Shown here: piece by piece, positions 22,751 to 35,250 of the stretch
How the letters are laid out: the number at the start of each line of letters is the position of its first letter
Numbering within the stretch: position 1 is the first letter of the stretch
NCBI GenBank assembly: GCA_964270895.1
Contig: OZ185440.1
From: Podarcis filfolensis
Taxonomy: Eukaryota
Reading direction: 5' to 3' (one strand)
Length of the DNA: 64,000 nt
The notes under the pieces: generated by a model
What the model saw: the letters and a program-made list of their open reading frames with translations, nothing else
What the model was told of the DNA's origin: nothing
The model's database searches: none
Program-made: the position numbers and the translations under genes

Positions 22751-24724
22751 TTCCTAGAGTTATTCTGCTCTGAGGCAGCTATATAAATTAAGTAGGTAAA
22801 TAAATAGGGTGAAAGCAAAATGCCACTTAAAAAGGATCTGAAATATTTTCCTTGAAGCCTGAATTGGTTTTATTATGTATTGTTCTATTTGATGTTACAA
22901 TGTGTTGCAAGCCGCTTTGAGATATTTTTTTCTTTAAATATATAAAGCGGTGTAGAAATGAAAAATAATAATTAATGCCATTGCAAAAAAGGCACCTAGA
23001 CATTCTTTGGCAGGGACCTTAACCTAGACTTAAGGTGACACAGCATCCTTTATAAATTGCCTCCATGTTGGGGCATCTGAAAGGGTCCTGAAGAGACCCT
23101 AAGGAATCCATCTTTGACTTGTAGCTTAACTTACATTTTACTAGTCGTCGCCCCCCCCCCCACGACAGTGTATTTGGAAAAGAAAAATGCAGCAACTGTA
23201 ACTCTATCTATTAATTTCTTTTGGAATGCTCTCTTGTACTTAAGAGTAGGACGCTGTAATGGAATGTGGTTGTGGCAGATAGATTTCTCGGCCACGTATT
23301 GCAAAACGTTATGACTCTGGACTATGATGCAAGTTTTTTTAGTGTGTGTGTGTGTGCTCCTGAGTGAGTGCCTTTACCTTTTCAACCGTGTTTCTTATTT
23401 ATTTATTTCATGTGGATGCTTTCAGACTTGAGCTGATTCTTAGATATAAGGGCCTTTTTCCTCTGCAAGTTCCGTAATGGAACCGACTCCCTTTGCTTCA
23501 GTGCTGTGGATAGATAACAGAAAGCCCACAGAAATGTTACCAGTTTTCCTGCTCATACCGTAGAGGCAGCTTGAGTGACAGGTTAGGTGAGTTACTTGCC
23601 TGGAAGGAATTGTTATTGCCCACAGGTGAGTTGGCTAACTGTAATGCTACCTTACTCTAGAATGGCAAAGTTCGTTGAGGCATGAAAATGTAATGGGGGG
23701 GGGGGGGGAAGCAACTTACTAGGCCAATTGCTGTTCCAACTGAATTTTGTTTTACTTCACCCTGTTAGTCAATATTTTTCCAGCAGTTGTCTGAGTCCAC
23801 GGACATGTGTTTCCAGGGAACGTGAATCACTGATCCTGAGGGTTTTTGTTTTTCTCCGTTAGTTAAATATTCCAGATTGACAGGGATATTCCAGTGGTTT
23901 TCAACCAAATTGTTCTAACTTATCTACTGAAGTAAAAACTCTTCTCTTCAATTATAGTTTATCTAGCTCAGTAGTTCCCAGAACTATTTGCAAAGTGGAC
24001 ATGGTATTATTTTTCAAAATAATACCATCTGTCCCCATTTTTACTTTACGAAAACCACGTAGCTTCATTTTTTGCTTCTTTTTTTTAAAGTTAGATTGTC
24101 TACACTTAACAACCCCCTGCCTCTTAAGAATTAAAAGGTTTCTGATAAGAAGCTACCTGTCAAAATATCTGGCATATTTGAGACCACTGAAGTGCAATTA
24201 TTCCATCACAGCTGGGGGTGAAAGAATGAGGGAGGCTAATATCAAATTAAGCTTGAAACCATGGCATAGCGGAAACACAAATAATACATTCTGACAGCGG
24301 GATTTGTGAGTGTTGGCTGGGATCCAAAGGGCCACACAAAGTGTTCTGGATGTGCACTGAAGCTTTTCAAACTCTTCCCCCACCATGATCACCCAAGCTC
24401 TTTGTATGCTCTGAAAAGCCAGTTCTGAATGCCAGGCAACCCACCTGAGCGGTTTTCATTGCATTGCGAGAAGTTCCATCCGGAAGAGGGGGAAATTAGC
24501 AATCCCTTCATGTCTAAGGAGGAGCCTAGGTGGTGGTTGTAATGGCTACTACTCAATTTATTTATGCACCATTAAAATCGCATAATGGTTTACGGGATTA
24601 AAGCCAGTTCATCAAGTAAAATTATAAATGCTTAAACTGGCAGCAGCAACAGCAACAGAGTATTTCCTGTAGGCACAAAGCAGCTTGATGGAGGTTGAGC
24701 ACCCAGGTGGCTGTTCTGGTCCAT

Positions 24725-24886
24725 GGGATCATAGAATTGTAATGTTGGAAAGAGACCCTGAGGATCATCTAGTCCCGCCCCCCTCCGTCCCCTGCAATGC
24801 GGGAATATGCAGTTGTCCCATACTGGGATTGAACCTGTAACCTTGGTGTCATCAGCACCGTGGTCTAGCCAGCTGAGGTATCCAGG
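24725..24886 (-). mobile_element. SINE with tRNA-Ile-like head and CR1 tail
   Basis: Reverse complement cctcagctggctagaccacggtgctgatgacaccaaggttacaggttcaatcccagtatggg resembles tRNA-Ile(AAT), followed by cattgcagg...gactagatgatcc...ccaacattacaattctatgat. Confidence 0.7.
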
Positions 24887-25249
24887 CTATGCAGGTCCCT
24901 TTTAGAACTTTGTCCTGGCATGGATCAGCTAACTGGAGATAAAAACAGTGGGTTAGACAGAGGGACCTTGTTGCATTTCCATGCTGCGCAGCGCTAGTCT
25001 TTTCAGCATTGCACAGCAAAGAAGTTGACCGGGGACAAGGACACGGTTCTCTTCCTCCACCGTCTGCTTAGTATTTCTGAGCTGTGTGTGAACTAAAGGG
25101 GAACCAAGTTTCTGTGTGTGAGAATGGGATGCGAGCTTCGGCTTCACCCACTTTGAGGTAAGCAGCCTCCAACCACTTTCCCCTGGGAGAATGTGTCCAT
25201 TGGTGGCTGTAGAGAGACTTTATTCCTCCTGCTTTAGTGTGCAATGAAA

Positions 25250-27069
25250 CACCGTGTCTGATCAGTTCCCTGCCAATTTGGATACAATAACAGAACTCGA
25301 GGCCCCTCGACTGTCCTCGGGTCCAGTATTGGACCACTTTGACCGGATATCCCCAGCCAATGTGGACAGACTCCTCCGAGCTGGAAAGCCCACCCCCTGT
25401 CCTCTTGACCCGTGCCTGTCGTGGCTGATTAGAGTGTGTCCAGACGAGGTGCGGCCCCCCCCCCTAGGGGATATCATCAATTTTTCCCTTGGCACCGGGA
25501 CATTCCCAGGGGAATTGAAGGAGCCAGTCGTGCGCCCGCTCTTAAAGAAAACATCATTAGATCCTTTAGATCTATCCAATTACTGACCAGTTTCGAATCT
25601 TCCATTCCTGGGTAAGGTGATTGAGAGAGCAGTTGCTGAACAGCTTGGTGGGTTTCTGGATGAAACATCGGCCCTGGATCCATTCCAATCCGGCTTCCGC
25701 TCTGGTCATGGGACCGAGATGGCTCTGGTTGCCCTAACAAATGATCTCCATAGGCAGCTGGATCGAGTTGGGCCGGGGCTGCTGATTCTTTTAGACCTGT
25801 CAGCAGCCTTCGACATGGTCGATCACGAACTCCTGGACCAGCGCCTCGCAGATGTGGGGATGCAGGGCACAGCCCTTCAATGGCTGCACTCGTTTCTCTC
25901 TGGTCGGGGACAGAGGATGGCGCTGGGGGGGGGGGGACTGTCGTCGCGCCACTCCTTGGTGTGTGGAGTGCTGCAGGGCGCAATTCTCTCCCCGATGCTT
26001 TTCAATATCTTTATGCGCCCCTTCGCCCAGCTTGTCTGGAGTTTTGGGTTGGGCTGCCATCAGTATGCTGATGACACCCAACTCTATCTGTTGATGGATG
26101 GCCAGCCCCGGACACACTGATCAGATGTTTGGAAGCTGTGGCTGGATGGTTACGTGGGAGCCGGTTGAAGTTAAATCCTTTGAAGACAGAGGTCTTTTGG
26201 CTGGGTCGGGAGGATATGGGCTTGTGGGGGGCAACTCTCATCTCTTGTGGGGGTGCAATTAGTGCCAACACTGTCCGTTAAGAGATTGGGTGTAATTTTC
26301 GACACCTCCCTTTCCATGGAGGCGCAGATTGCAGCTATAACAAAGGCGGCATTTTTTCATCTCCTCCGAGGTAAGGAGCCAAGCTCCAAGTTGTCTCCTT
26401 ACCTCTCTCGCCCTGACCTAGCCACTGTGATCCATGCGACAGTCACCTCCAGACTGGATTATTGTAACTCACTCTATGTGGGGCTGCCCTTGAGACAGAC
26501 CCAGAAACTCCAGCGGGTGCAGAATGCCACGGCAAGACTCCTTACGGGGTCTTCGCTGCGATATCGCATTCACCCAGTGCTATACCAGCTGCACTGGCTC
26601 CAGGTGGAGTACAGGATCAGGTTTAAGGTGCTGGTTTTAACCTTTAAAGCCCTATACGGCTTAGGACCCTCGTACCTACGGGACCGCCTCTCCTGGAATG
26701 TCCCACAGAGGACCTTACGGTCTTCAAACAAAAACACCTTGGAGGTCCCGAGCCACATGGAGGTTAGGCTGGCCTCAACCAGAGCCAGGGCTTTTTCGGC
26801 TGTGGCTCCGATCTGGCTCTGTCACAAGAGACTAGAGCCCTGCGGACATCTTTCCGCAGGGCCTGCAAGACAGCTGTTCTACCAGGCCTTTGGCCAAGGC
26901 ACAGCCTGACCCCCTCCTTTGGTAATCCTCACAGAACTCTAGCCCAATGGTTGCCATTAATTTGATTTGAACTGATTTTATAATGAATTGATTTTAGAAT
27001 GCTGTATTATTTTATTGTTGTTAACCGCTCTGAGCCCAGCTCCGGCTGGGGAGGGCGGGATATAAATAA

Positions 27070-27115
<46 letters not shown>
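25250..27115 (+). mobile_element. L2-clade LINE, 5'-truncated, with RT domain
   Basis: Frameshifted ORFs: PTPCPLDPC, LDPFQSGFRSGHGTE, LILLDLSAAFDMVDH, QGAILSPMLFNIFM, HQYADDTQLY, SRLDYCNSL, LHWLQVEYRIRFK; 3'UTR ending in (TTA)n. Confidence 0.95.
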
Positions 27116-27116
<1 letters not shown>

Positions 27117-27293
27117 CAGGCTTTGATTCTGCAGTTGTGAGTATGTGGCCAGCAGTAGCAGTGCTTGGAATAGAGTGCGTGCACATTACCTGCTTGTGAG
27201 GTTTCGTGTCCATCAGCTTCCCCTCCCCTCCCCTTCTGCACCGTGCATGTTTACCTTTGCACCATCTCTGTGGGAGACATTGGTACTAGCTGT

Positions 27294-27428
27294 TAGAATC
27301 ATAGAATTGTAGAGGTGGAAGGGACCACGAGGATCATCAAGTCCAACCCCCTGCAACGGAGGAATCTTTTGCCCAGTGTGGGGCTCGAACCCATGACTCT
27401 CTGAGTCTCAGTCTCAGCAGAGCTATCC
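27294..27428 (-). mobile_element. SINE with tRNA-Lys-like head and CR1 tail
   Basis: Reverse complement ggatagctctgctgagactgagactcagagagtcatgggttcgagccccacactgggc (tRNA-Lys-CTT-like), then ttgcagggggttggacttgatgatcc...caattctatgattcta. Confidence 0.7.
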
Positions 27429-27628
27429 ATTCCAGTGAGAAAGGATTGTTCCGCCACTGCAGTTTAGTGAAGATGGCATACACTTCAGAGAGAGTGAGAC
27501 ATGGGAGATACCCTGGTTACTTGTAGGGGGATGCTGTTGGGGACTTGTGTCTGACAGTACACTTGAAGTGGTTTGGAGTTTGCAGTGTTCTCTTAATGTT
27601 TGTGCAGAATGCTGTCTTTTAGTGCATA

Positions 27629-27986
27629 GGGACGTGGGTGGCGCTGTAGATTAAATCACAGAGCCTAGGGCTTGCCTATCAGAAGGTCGCAGTTCGAATC
27701 CCCGCTACGGGGTGAGCTCCCGTTGCTCAGTCCCTGCTCCTGCCAACCTAGCAGTTCTAAAGCACGTCAAAGTGCAAGTAGATAAATAGGTACCGCTCTG
27801 GAGGGAAGGTAAACGGCGTTTCCGTGCGCTGCTCTGGTTCGCCAGAAGCGGCTTAGTCATACTGGCCACATGACCCAGAAGCTGTACGCCGCCTCCCTCG
27901 GCCAATAAAGCGAGTTGAGCGCCGCAACCCCAGAGTTGGCCATGACTGGACCCTAATGGTCAGGGGTCCCTTTACCTTACCCTTTA
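27629..27986 (+). mobile_element. Sauria SINE
   Basis: GGGACGTGGGTGGCGCTG head, GTTCGAATCC box, tttaccttaccctt tail; aligns with 13776. Confidence 0.92.
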
Positions 27987-28559
27987 TCCAGTTTCAATCA
28001 CCAAAGTTTCCCCCTTCTGAACTCTGCAGTATGCATAAGTTTAAGCTGCAGGCATATATAGCCCATGCTATTCACACTGGCTGGAGGTAATGGGAAATTA
28101 TAGTCCAAAACATTTGAATGACACCAGATTTTTGCAGCGTCACATGCTGTTTATTAGTGAGCTCTCTTTGGTTCCTTGGCAAAAAGTTTGTGTACTCATC
28201 CTTTCGGGCAATTGTCATTTTTTCCAGCTCTATAAAATCTTGAAAAGGAGGGGGTGGGAACAGAAGGGTATAATTAAATGTGCGCCCTCCGTACTGACTT
28301 TTATTGCCCAGTGCAATTGGTCCCCCAAAGTACAGAATCTTGGCTGATCTTTGTAGCTGTAGTTCCGTCTATAATAAGTGTTGCTCAGCAGCAGCTGGGT
28401 GATCCTTGATGAAATGAAGGCTGTCAAACAGCAGTATTAGGCACAGGGCTCCTCACATTTCCAAACACCAAAATGGTACCTCATTAAAATAAAATAAAAA
28501 GTTTGGTAAATGAAAGACGTTTTGTCAAATGCATAGATTTTCCATAACTCTGAAACGGG

Positions 28560-28680
28560 TGTGGAATCTGCAGTCCTCCAGATGTTATTGGATTGCAAAT
28601 CCATCTCTCTGACTGTTGGCTATGCTGATTGGGACTGATGGGAGTTCGAGTCCAACATATGAAAGACTTCAGACCCCTGG
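28560..28680. mobile_element. Degenerate hAT MITE
   Basis: ctccagatgttattggattgcaaatccatc...gggactgatgggagttcgagtccaacat, the same architecture as 632-767. Confidence 0.5.
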
Positions 28681-31159
28681 ATCTCTGTTCTCAAACACTG
28701 CTTACTTGCTCTTGTTTTGTATGCTGTGAAATCACACTGGGTATTATTGTTCTACGAATCAAACACTTCCTTTGTATGATACTCTCGTAAAAGACACATT
28801 GTAAAACATCAGCCATTGAAAATATCGTCTGTTTCAATAAACTGGTTTATTTTCTGGTACATAGTATTTGCTCTTTAACACTTATGCTTATCTGATATTT
28901 GCTGACGAGAGAGGGAATGTGGCAGAGGTTTGGGCTCAACAAATAATGCTTCGTGAATGCTCCATTCAAACTCTAATGGATTTGCATGTTTCCACCATTG
29001 TGAGGCAAATTGCCAACTGCTAATAGAGGAGGCCATTGATAACTAAATTATAGATATATAAAGCACTCTTGAACATATTTATAGCATTAACTATTACATA
29101 AGTAATAAGACTAACTCTACGGTCTTTGTACTCTTGGCAGCTGCTACCCTGTTTTGATGCTGGCATAATGTAGTAACAGGGCTGTTCAGCCAGCAGCGGA
29201 GTCTACATCATTGCAATAGCTGCAGAAACCGCAATTTACACTGACAGCTAGTTCCACAATCCTGGGAAGTTCTGTCACTAGTAGTTGAGCACAGTGTTGC
29301 ATGCTGATTGCGCCCACATTGATGAGCAGAAAAGGCAAGGAGATCAGCAGCTACAACTACAATATACAGCTGTCTGCTGCTCGGTGGGAGAAGGAAACGT
29401 AAGAGTAAGAGAACATAGGTCTTGGGAGTCCTTTCAATGGAGGTGTAAACGTGTCCCCAGCAAAGCAAAGCCTATCCTGAGATGGTCCTGCCAGCACCTG
29501 TAATTTTGGGGCATGCATTTCATGGGTTTGAGTTTATTTGTCGCTGTGTGCTTAAAGACCACATTCAAAAATGGACACATTGGCTGCAATGAGCACACAC
29601 AGCCTCTGTGCTTGTAGGCTCCTTTAGTCTGTTCTATGAGCCAGGGAAATCCTCTCTGTGCCTTGGGGACAAATGTATGAAAATGGGAAGCACACGTGTA
29701 TTTGTGTGTGTGTATGTAGCTCTGTTTGAGTCTGTTTGAGTCTACAGAGTTTTACGTTGTGCTATTAATAAATCTTTGACTAGAACACCGTCTGTGTTCG
29801 ACAAGCTTAAGCCTGTTTTAATCAATTGTACAAATACGGTAAATGTAAGCAACTCATCCTACAGTTGTTGTTGTTGGGTTTAATTGGTGGCAGCATAGTT
29901 AATATCACAGCAGTTGATTAAATATTAAACGGAACTTCTGGTTCAAGCGTTATGTATGCTGACTTAGCTCCACATTAAGAAATGGATCTACTGTTCAAAA
30001 TACATGATCGATACAAATTTGCTCAGCGTGGATTAATGTACCACTTCCTTTTCTGTCAAACCTGTAGAAATCTTCCAAAACAATGTTAAGATGGGCTGCC
30101 AAAGAGAGGCAGATGAGAACTCCCACTGTGAACCAGGAAAGTCTTAACACATTTAGATAAAATGGAAAAACTGATAGTTAACCGTGAGCATTCTGTGCTC
30201 TTCCACGTATTACTGAAATCTGTTGGATGGGAAATTAACCCTGTATCAATTGTGTCCACCAGGTTTCAAGATATAGCACCAAGTTAAATTTAAGGAACCA
30301 TAGCCCTGGTCACTACGTACTCCTGGTCAGGTACCCTGTTCAACAGTTGGCCAGTTTTTAGTTCTGTATCTGGTATCCGTTTTAATCATATCGTTTTATA
30401 TATTAATGTGATTATTATTAATTTGTTGTAGTTTAAGGAAAGGTGTTTGAATCTCCTTAAATTATGGATAGGAGTGAATGATTGCACCTTAGCACTCCAG
30501 TTGGATATGGGGCAGGTAAGGAAGATAATGTCATGTTTCTGTTTCTAGTCCAAAGCATAATCTTAACTTATATTTTAAGGAGCTGTTTATAGTCTCTGGG
30601 CGGATGTTGATTTTGGTATTTTCCCACTTTGCTTTTTTGAAGAATGAAGAAAGTAAGAGATCCTTGGGACTACTAACGACACCACATGTCGCCCGTGTTT
30701 GACATAGCTATTGATGTCCAAATTGGGGTGGAGTGGGGGATCTAAGATGGGTAATCATTTGGCCCAGCGGGTCAGAAGCCTGCTAGCCTACCATGTGCTT
30801 GTGGGTGAGACTGGTTGGGAAAGAGATGGGTAGGACTAAGACATCTGGCTGTAAAATACATGCTTGATTGGTATAACTTTTTGCAACTTTTTACATGAGC
30901 AGCCATAATAATAATAATGCTTTTGTGACCTTAGGAGGCTGGCATACGTTGGCTGCAGTGATTCACTAGCTTGGTGGGTTACAAGTTTCAAAGCCTGATA
31001 TAAGACACAGGGGGAGTTGGGCTACATGTCTGCTCTGTTCTACTCCTGATATATTAAGCAACTTCAACAGCTCTGGGGTGAAAACAGCAACAGCTGGAGT
31101 CATTTAGGCCAATATGGAGAAATGGTATTGCCTGGTGGCACCACATGGTAGCTTGGTTA

Positions 31160-31167
31160 GTGTGTGT

Positions 31168-31204
<37 letters not shown>
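31160..31204. repeat. (GT)5(AC)n microsatellite
   Basis: Directly visible; self-complementary junction. Confidence 0.95.
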
Positions 31205-31205
<1 letters not shown>

Positions 31206-31893
31206 GTCCTGCCTATTGTACTCCTCACTCCACCTATAGATTATGAAGGGAGTATCGCCAGGCAGGCCAGTATGATGTAGTAATATTCTGCTTGTGTGCC
31301 TAGAACTTCAGGCATGAAATGGTTTGCAACATCTATCTGGGTAAGGCTCAGATAAGGCCACCCAGGGGGATGTGAAACTAAGTGGATTCAAACTCTCACA
31401 CATTCAAGTCTACAACACACCACACTGTTATAAGCATTGCATATAAAGCCATTGCTTTTTTAGGATGGAAAAATGAGGTCCCCACCCGCATCTGTTCTAA
31501 AGAGCTTTATTTTTTTAAGGCCAGAGACCATGCTCAAGTGGAGTTGGGAGAGCAAACTGACTGACTTTTTCTTTTCTTTAGGGTTACTAAATGCTTTAAA
31601 ATCAGCAGACTAAGGAATGTGGAAGATGTATTGCTGTATTTAGTCCCAGAGACTAAGAAATATAAGGCACTTACTTAACTTTGTGGCCCAGGGAGGATAG
31701 AACACCATTAACGTGACTAATACCATTGCAGCTGTTAAAGTGACCCACCCTGTCCCTAACCGCTGGGATAAAAATGAGTTTAACACTTCTGGATTGCTTT
31801 GTAAGTCTCTTTTTTTGAGGGGGGTCATTATTTCACAATAACGCGGGGATGCCTCTAATATGTATGTAGGCACTTGTAGTCATGATGTCAAAT

Positions 31894-32208
31894 TGATCAG
31901 AAGGTCGGCGGTTCGAATCCCCACAATGAGGTGAGCTCCCGTTGCTCGGTCCCAGCTCCTGCCCACCTAGCAGTTCGAAAACATGTCAAAGTACAAGTAG
32001 ATAAACAGGTACCACTCTGGCGGGAAGGTAAATGGCGTTTTTGTGCGCTGCTCTGGTTTGCCAGAAGCGGCTTAGTCATGCTGGCCACATGACCCGGAAG
32101 CTGTCTGTGGACAAACTCCGGCTCCCTCGGCCTATAGAGCAAGATGAGCGCCACAATACCAGAGTCGTCCGCGACTGGACCTAATGGTCAGGGGTACCTT
32201 TACCTTTA
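31894..32208 (+). mobile_element. Sauria SINE, 5'-truncated
   Basis: Starts at tgatcagaaggtcggcggttcgaatcc and ends cctttacctttaa. Confidence 0.9.
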
Positions 32209-32445
32209 AGGCTGCAATACTAATCCATTTACCCACGAGTAGGCTCCATTGAATTCTGTAGGACTTACTTCTGAGTAGACATGGTTCGGCTTACACTGTA
32301 AGTCCTGCTTAACTCAGTGGAACTGACGTCTGAGTAGACATACCTAAGATGGTGCTGTGAGTTTATCTCTCTTGGAAAGTGTCATGGAATAGTGAGTGAC
32401 GTTAAATTTTTCAGTTAAGTTTGCTCCAAACTAGGATTGTATATA

Positions 32446-32675
32446 CAGTGGTACCTCGGGTTACAGACGCTTCAGGTTACAGGCGCTTCAGGTTACAGAC
32501 TCTGCTACCCAGAAATAGTACCTCAGGTTAAGAACTTTGCTTAAGGATGAGGACAGAAATCGTGCAGCGGCAGCAGGAGGCCCCATTAGCTAAAGTGGTA
32601 CCTCAGGTTAAGAACAGTTTCAGGTTAAGAACGGACCTCCAGAGCGAATTAAGTACTTAACCCGAGGTACCACTG
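32446..32675. mobile_element. Tigger-like MITE family A (inverted relative to 5385)
   Basis: TA|CAGTGGTACCTC...GAGGTACCACTG|TA. Confidence 0.88.
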
Positions 32676-33455
32676 TAATCTGAATGGAACCCAGATGGAC
32701 CAAATAATAGTTCCTTCAAGTGAGCCAATTGCTAATATCCACCCCTCAAACATCCCTTTTCTGTCCAGATATATAATAGACCAGTAGGCTGGTAAAGTTT
32801 TGGACACATCTTCCAGACTGTCTTGTATAATTCTGTGCTCCGTGACACCTACCAATGGATAGTTTCATCAACAGAAGCTATATGAAATATAGCTGACAAA
32901 TAGATGACTAGCTTTAGTAATTTATTTCAGTTTCAACTAAACCCTGGAAAATCTTGGTCGACAAACAATTCAGAATTTGACAGCTGCCAACGTGGGTTGG
33001 TCTTTTCATTGTCTACTAAATATGCTTAACATATTGTTCTGATTTCTACAACAGACTGTCCTTGCTGTGAAAAAGTTAGTAAATCAATCCGCTTGCTTGA
33101 ATGCCCTATATGGGAATGTCTTTAGATGCATATAAAGCATATAAAGCCTTTTTCATAACAACCAGTGTTATGAAAACAATGCAAGGTGATCATACAAGGC
33201 TGTATAAAGTACAGAACTTTGCTTCTGAGTAGTATGACAGTAGCTGAAAAGAATGTTACATCATACAGTACAGATTCTCATTTACTTTTCTTTCAGTTAT
33301 TTAGTTTTCTTTGCTTAACGGGGCTTCATCCTCAGTGATGCAGTTCTAATTAAGAAATGCTGCTGTCAGCTACTTTGATGATGGGAATAAAAGTGCAGAT
33401 TGGGTTCTTTTTTTAAAAAAGAGGATGTAAGAAAAGCTCTGCTGGATTTGACTAT

Positions 33456-33703
33456 CAGGGGTCAGCATACTTTTTCAGCAGGGGGCCGGTCCACTGTCCC
33501 TCAGACCTTGTGGGGGGCTGGACTATATTGCGGGGGGGGGGGAATGAACGTATTCCTATGCCCCACAAATAACCCAGAGATGCATTTTAAATAAAAGCAC
33601 ACATTCTACTCATGTAAAAACAGGCTGATTCCCAGACCACGGGCCGGATTTAGAAGGCGGTTGGGCCAGATCCGGCCCCCGGGCCTTAGTTTGCCTACTC
33701 ATG
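33456..33703. mobile_element. hAT MITE (inverse of 10862)
   Basis: CAGGGGTCAGCA...TTTGCCTACTCATG; near-identical reverse complement of 10862-11111. Confidence 0.85.
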
Positions 33704-35008
33704 GACTAGTTCTTCATCTTGCTCTCAGAGTTCACAATCAATCGGCTATGGAAAGTCCTCAAGCAGCACACTAGGGCAATGGCCATGTCCCTTTGTGGTT
33801 TCCCAGCAACTTGTGTTCAGTGAAATATTACCTCTGATCCTGAATGTAGCACTTCAATAGCCTTATTCTCCATGAATTTATATTGATTCCCTTTTAAAGG
33901 CATCTAAACCGTCACTTCAACTTATACGTGCTGTGTGTAAAGAAAGCGCTTCTTTTTAATCTGTCTTGAATATCCTACCATTCAGTTACACCGAATGGTA
34001 TTTTTTATCAGCTTTCTTCACAACATGCATAATGTTATAAATAAATCCATTATGCCTTTCCTTACTCATCCTTTTTTTTTTCTCTCAGCAAAAAAGCCCC
34101 CAAGCATTTTAATTTTCCTTGGTTGCGTCAACTTCCCCAATCATTTTGGTCACAATTTGCTTTTTGCTTTTGGTTTTAATTTATGTTGCTGAGCTTGTTC
34201 CTGTTGGAAAGCTGGGGGTTTGTAAGAGGTGGTGCGATTACTGCCCTGGCTTCCTTGCCCCTGTTGCTAAACTTGGGTGCTTCAACTTCTATTCTCCTTT
34301 CCAGTTTCCTGCAACTTCTGCTGCAGACAAGGAAGTCTGCGAGATAGTTTGGAAACGTAATTGTTCAAAAAGTAGAAATGCCAGAAATATCCCTAGTAAG
34401 TTTGCAAGCAAAGCGGAGCAATGGGGGAAGAGTGTTTGCTAAGGCACCAGCTGTTGGAAAGGAAACTGCTAAATATAGGAAGGCTTATTAGGGCTGTGCA
34501 AAATTTTGTGGGTGAGATGGAGGGATGTCGTTGGGGTGTGTGGGCAGGGGAGGGAGAAGGGCTGCAGCATTTCCAATGACTCAGCATAAGCAGAGTCATA
34601 CTTGGGGAAATACCTTTGCATTACTAGGGCTATTGGTGCGGACAGAACAATTAACATGTCCAGAACTGCTCTGACAGATTCCCCTTAGCTTGCTGGAAAT
34701 GCAAATCAGAATCTCTTCTAGCTTCCCCAACCAAGCAGTGGGGTGAGAGGGAGGGAGGAACAGAAAAGCATGCAAGGCAAAGCCTTCCACGCCCACTGAA
34801 ACTCACTCCTTCGTCAGGCTGTGTGTCTGCGTTCCCACTTTGCCATTGCTCAGCTTCTTCCCAAACAACTGAGCTGCAGGGGTTAAATCTCCCCAACTCA
34901 AACTGCTTAGTAGCCGATACAGAAACAGCTGATTTAAGGCCAGGAGGGTAGTAGTTCTCCCACTCAGGGTGTTGAGCCGAGGGGGGTGCAAAATTGAGAA
35001 GATCCTTA

Positions 35009-35250
35009 CAGTGGTACCTCGGGTTAAGTACTTAATTCGTTCCGGAGGTCCGTTCTTAACCTGAAATTGTTCTTAACCTGAAGCACCACTTTAGCTAATG
35101 GGGCCTCCTGCTGCTGCCATGCCGCCAGAGCATGATTTCTGTTCTCATCCTGAAGCAAAGTTCTTAACCTGAAGCACTATTTCTGGGTTAGCGGAGTCTG
35201 TAACCTGAAGCGTATGTAACCTGAAGCGTATGTAACCCGAGGTACCACTG
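35009..35250. mobile_element. Tigger-like MITE family A
   Basis: TA|CAGTGGTACCTCGGG...CCCGAGGTACCACTG|TA. Confidence 0.88.

Noticed and set aside
26978-27241. Poly-Asn / poly-Ile ORFs
   Set aside because: Translations of the (TTA)n L2 tail.
29285-29398. Short ORF ending at a GTAAGA donor in intron 1
   Set aside because: No convincing acceptor or promoter and no similarity; GTAAG motifs are frequent by chance.
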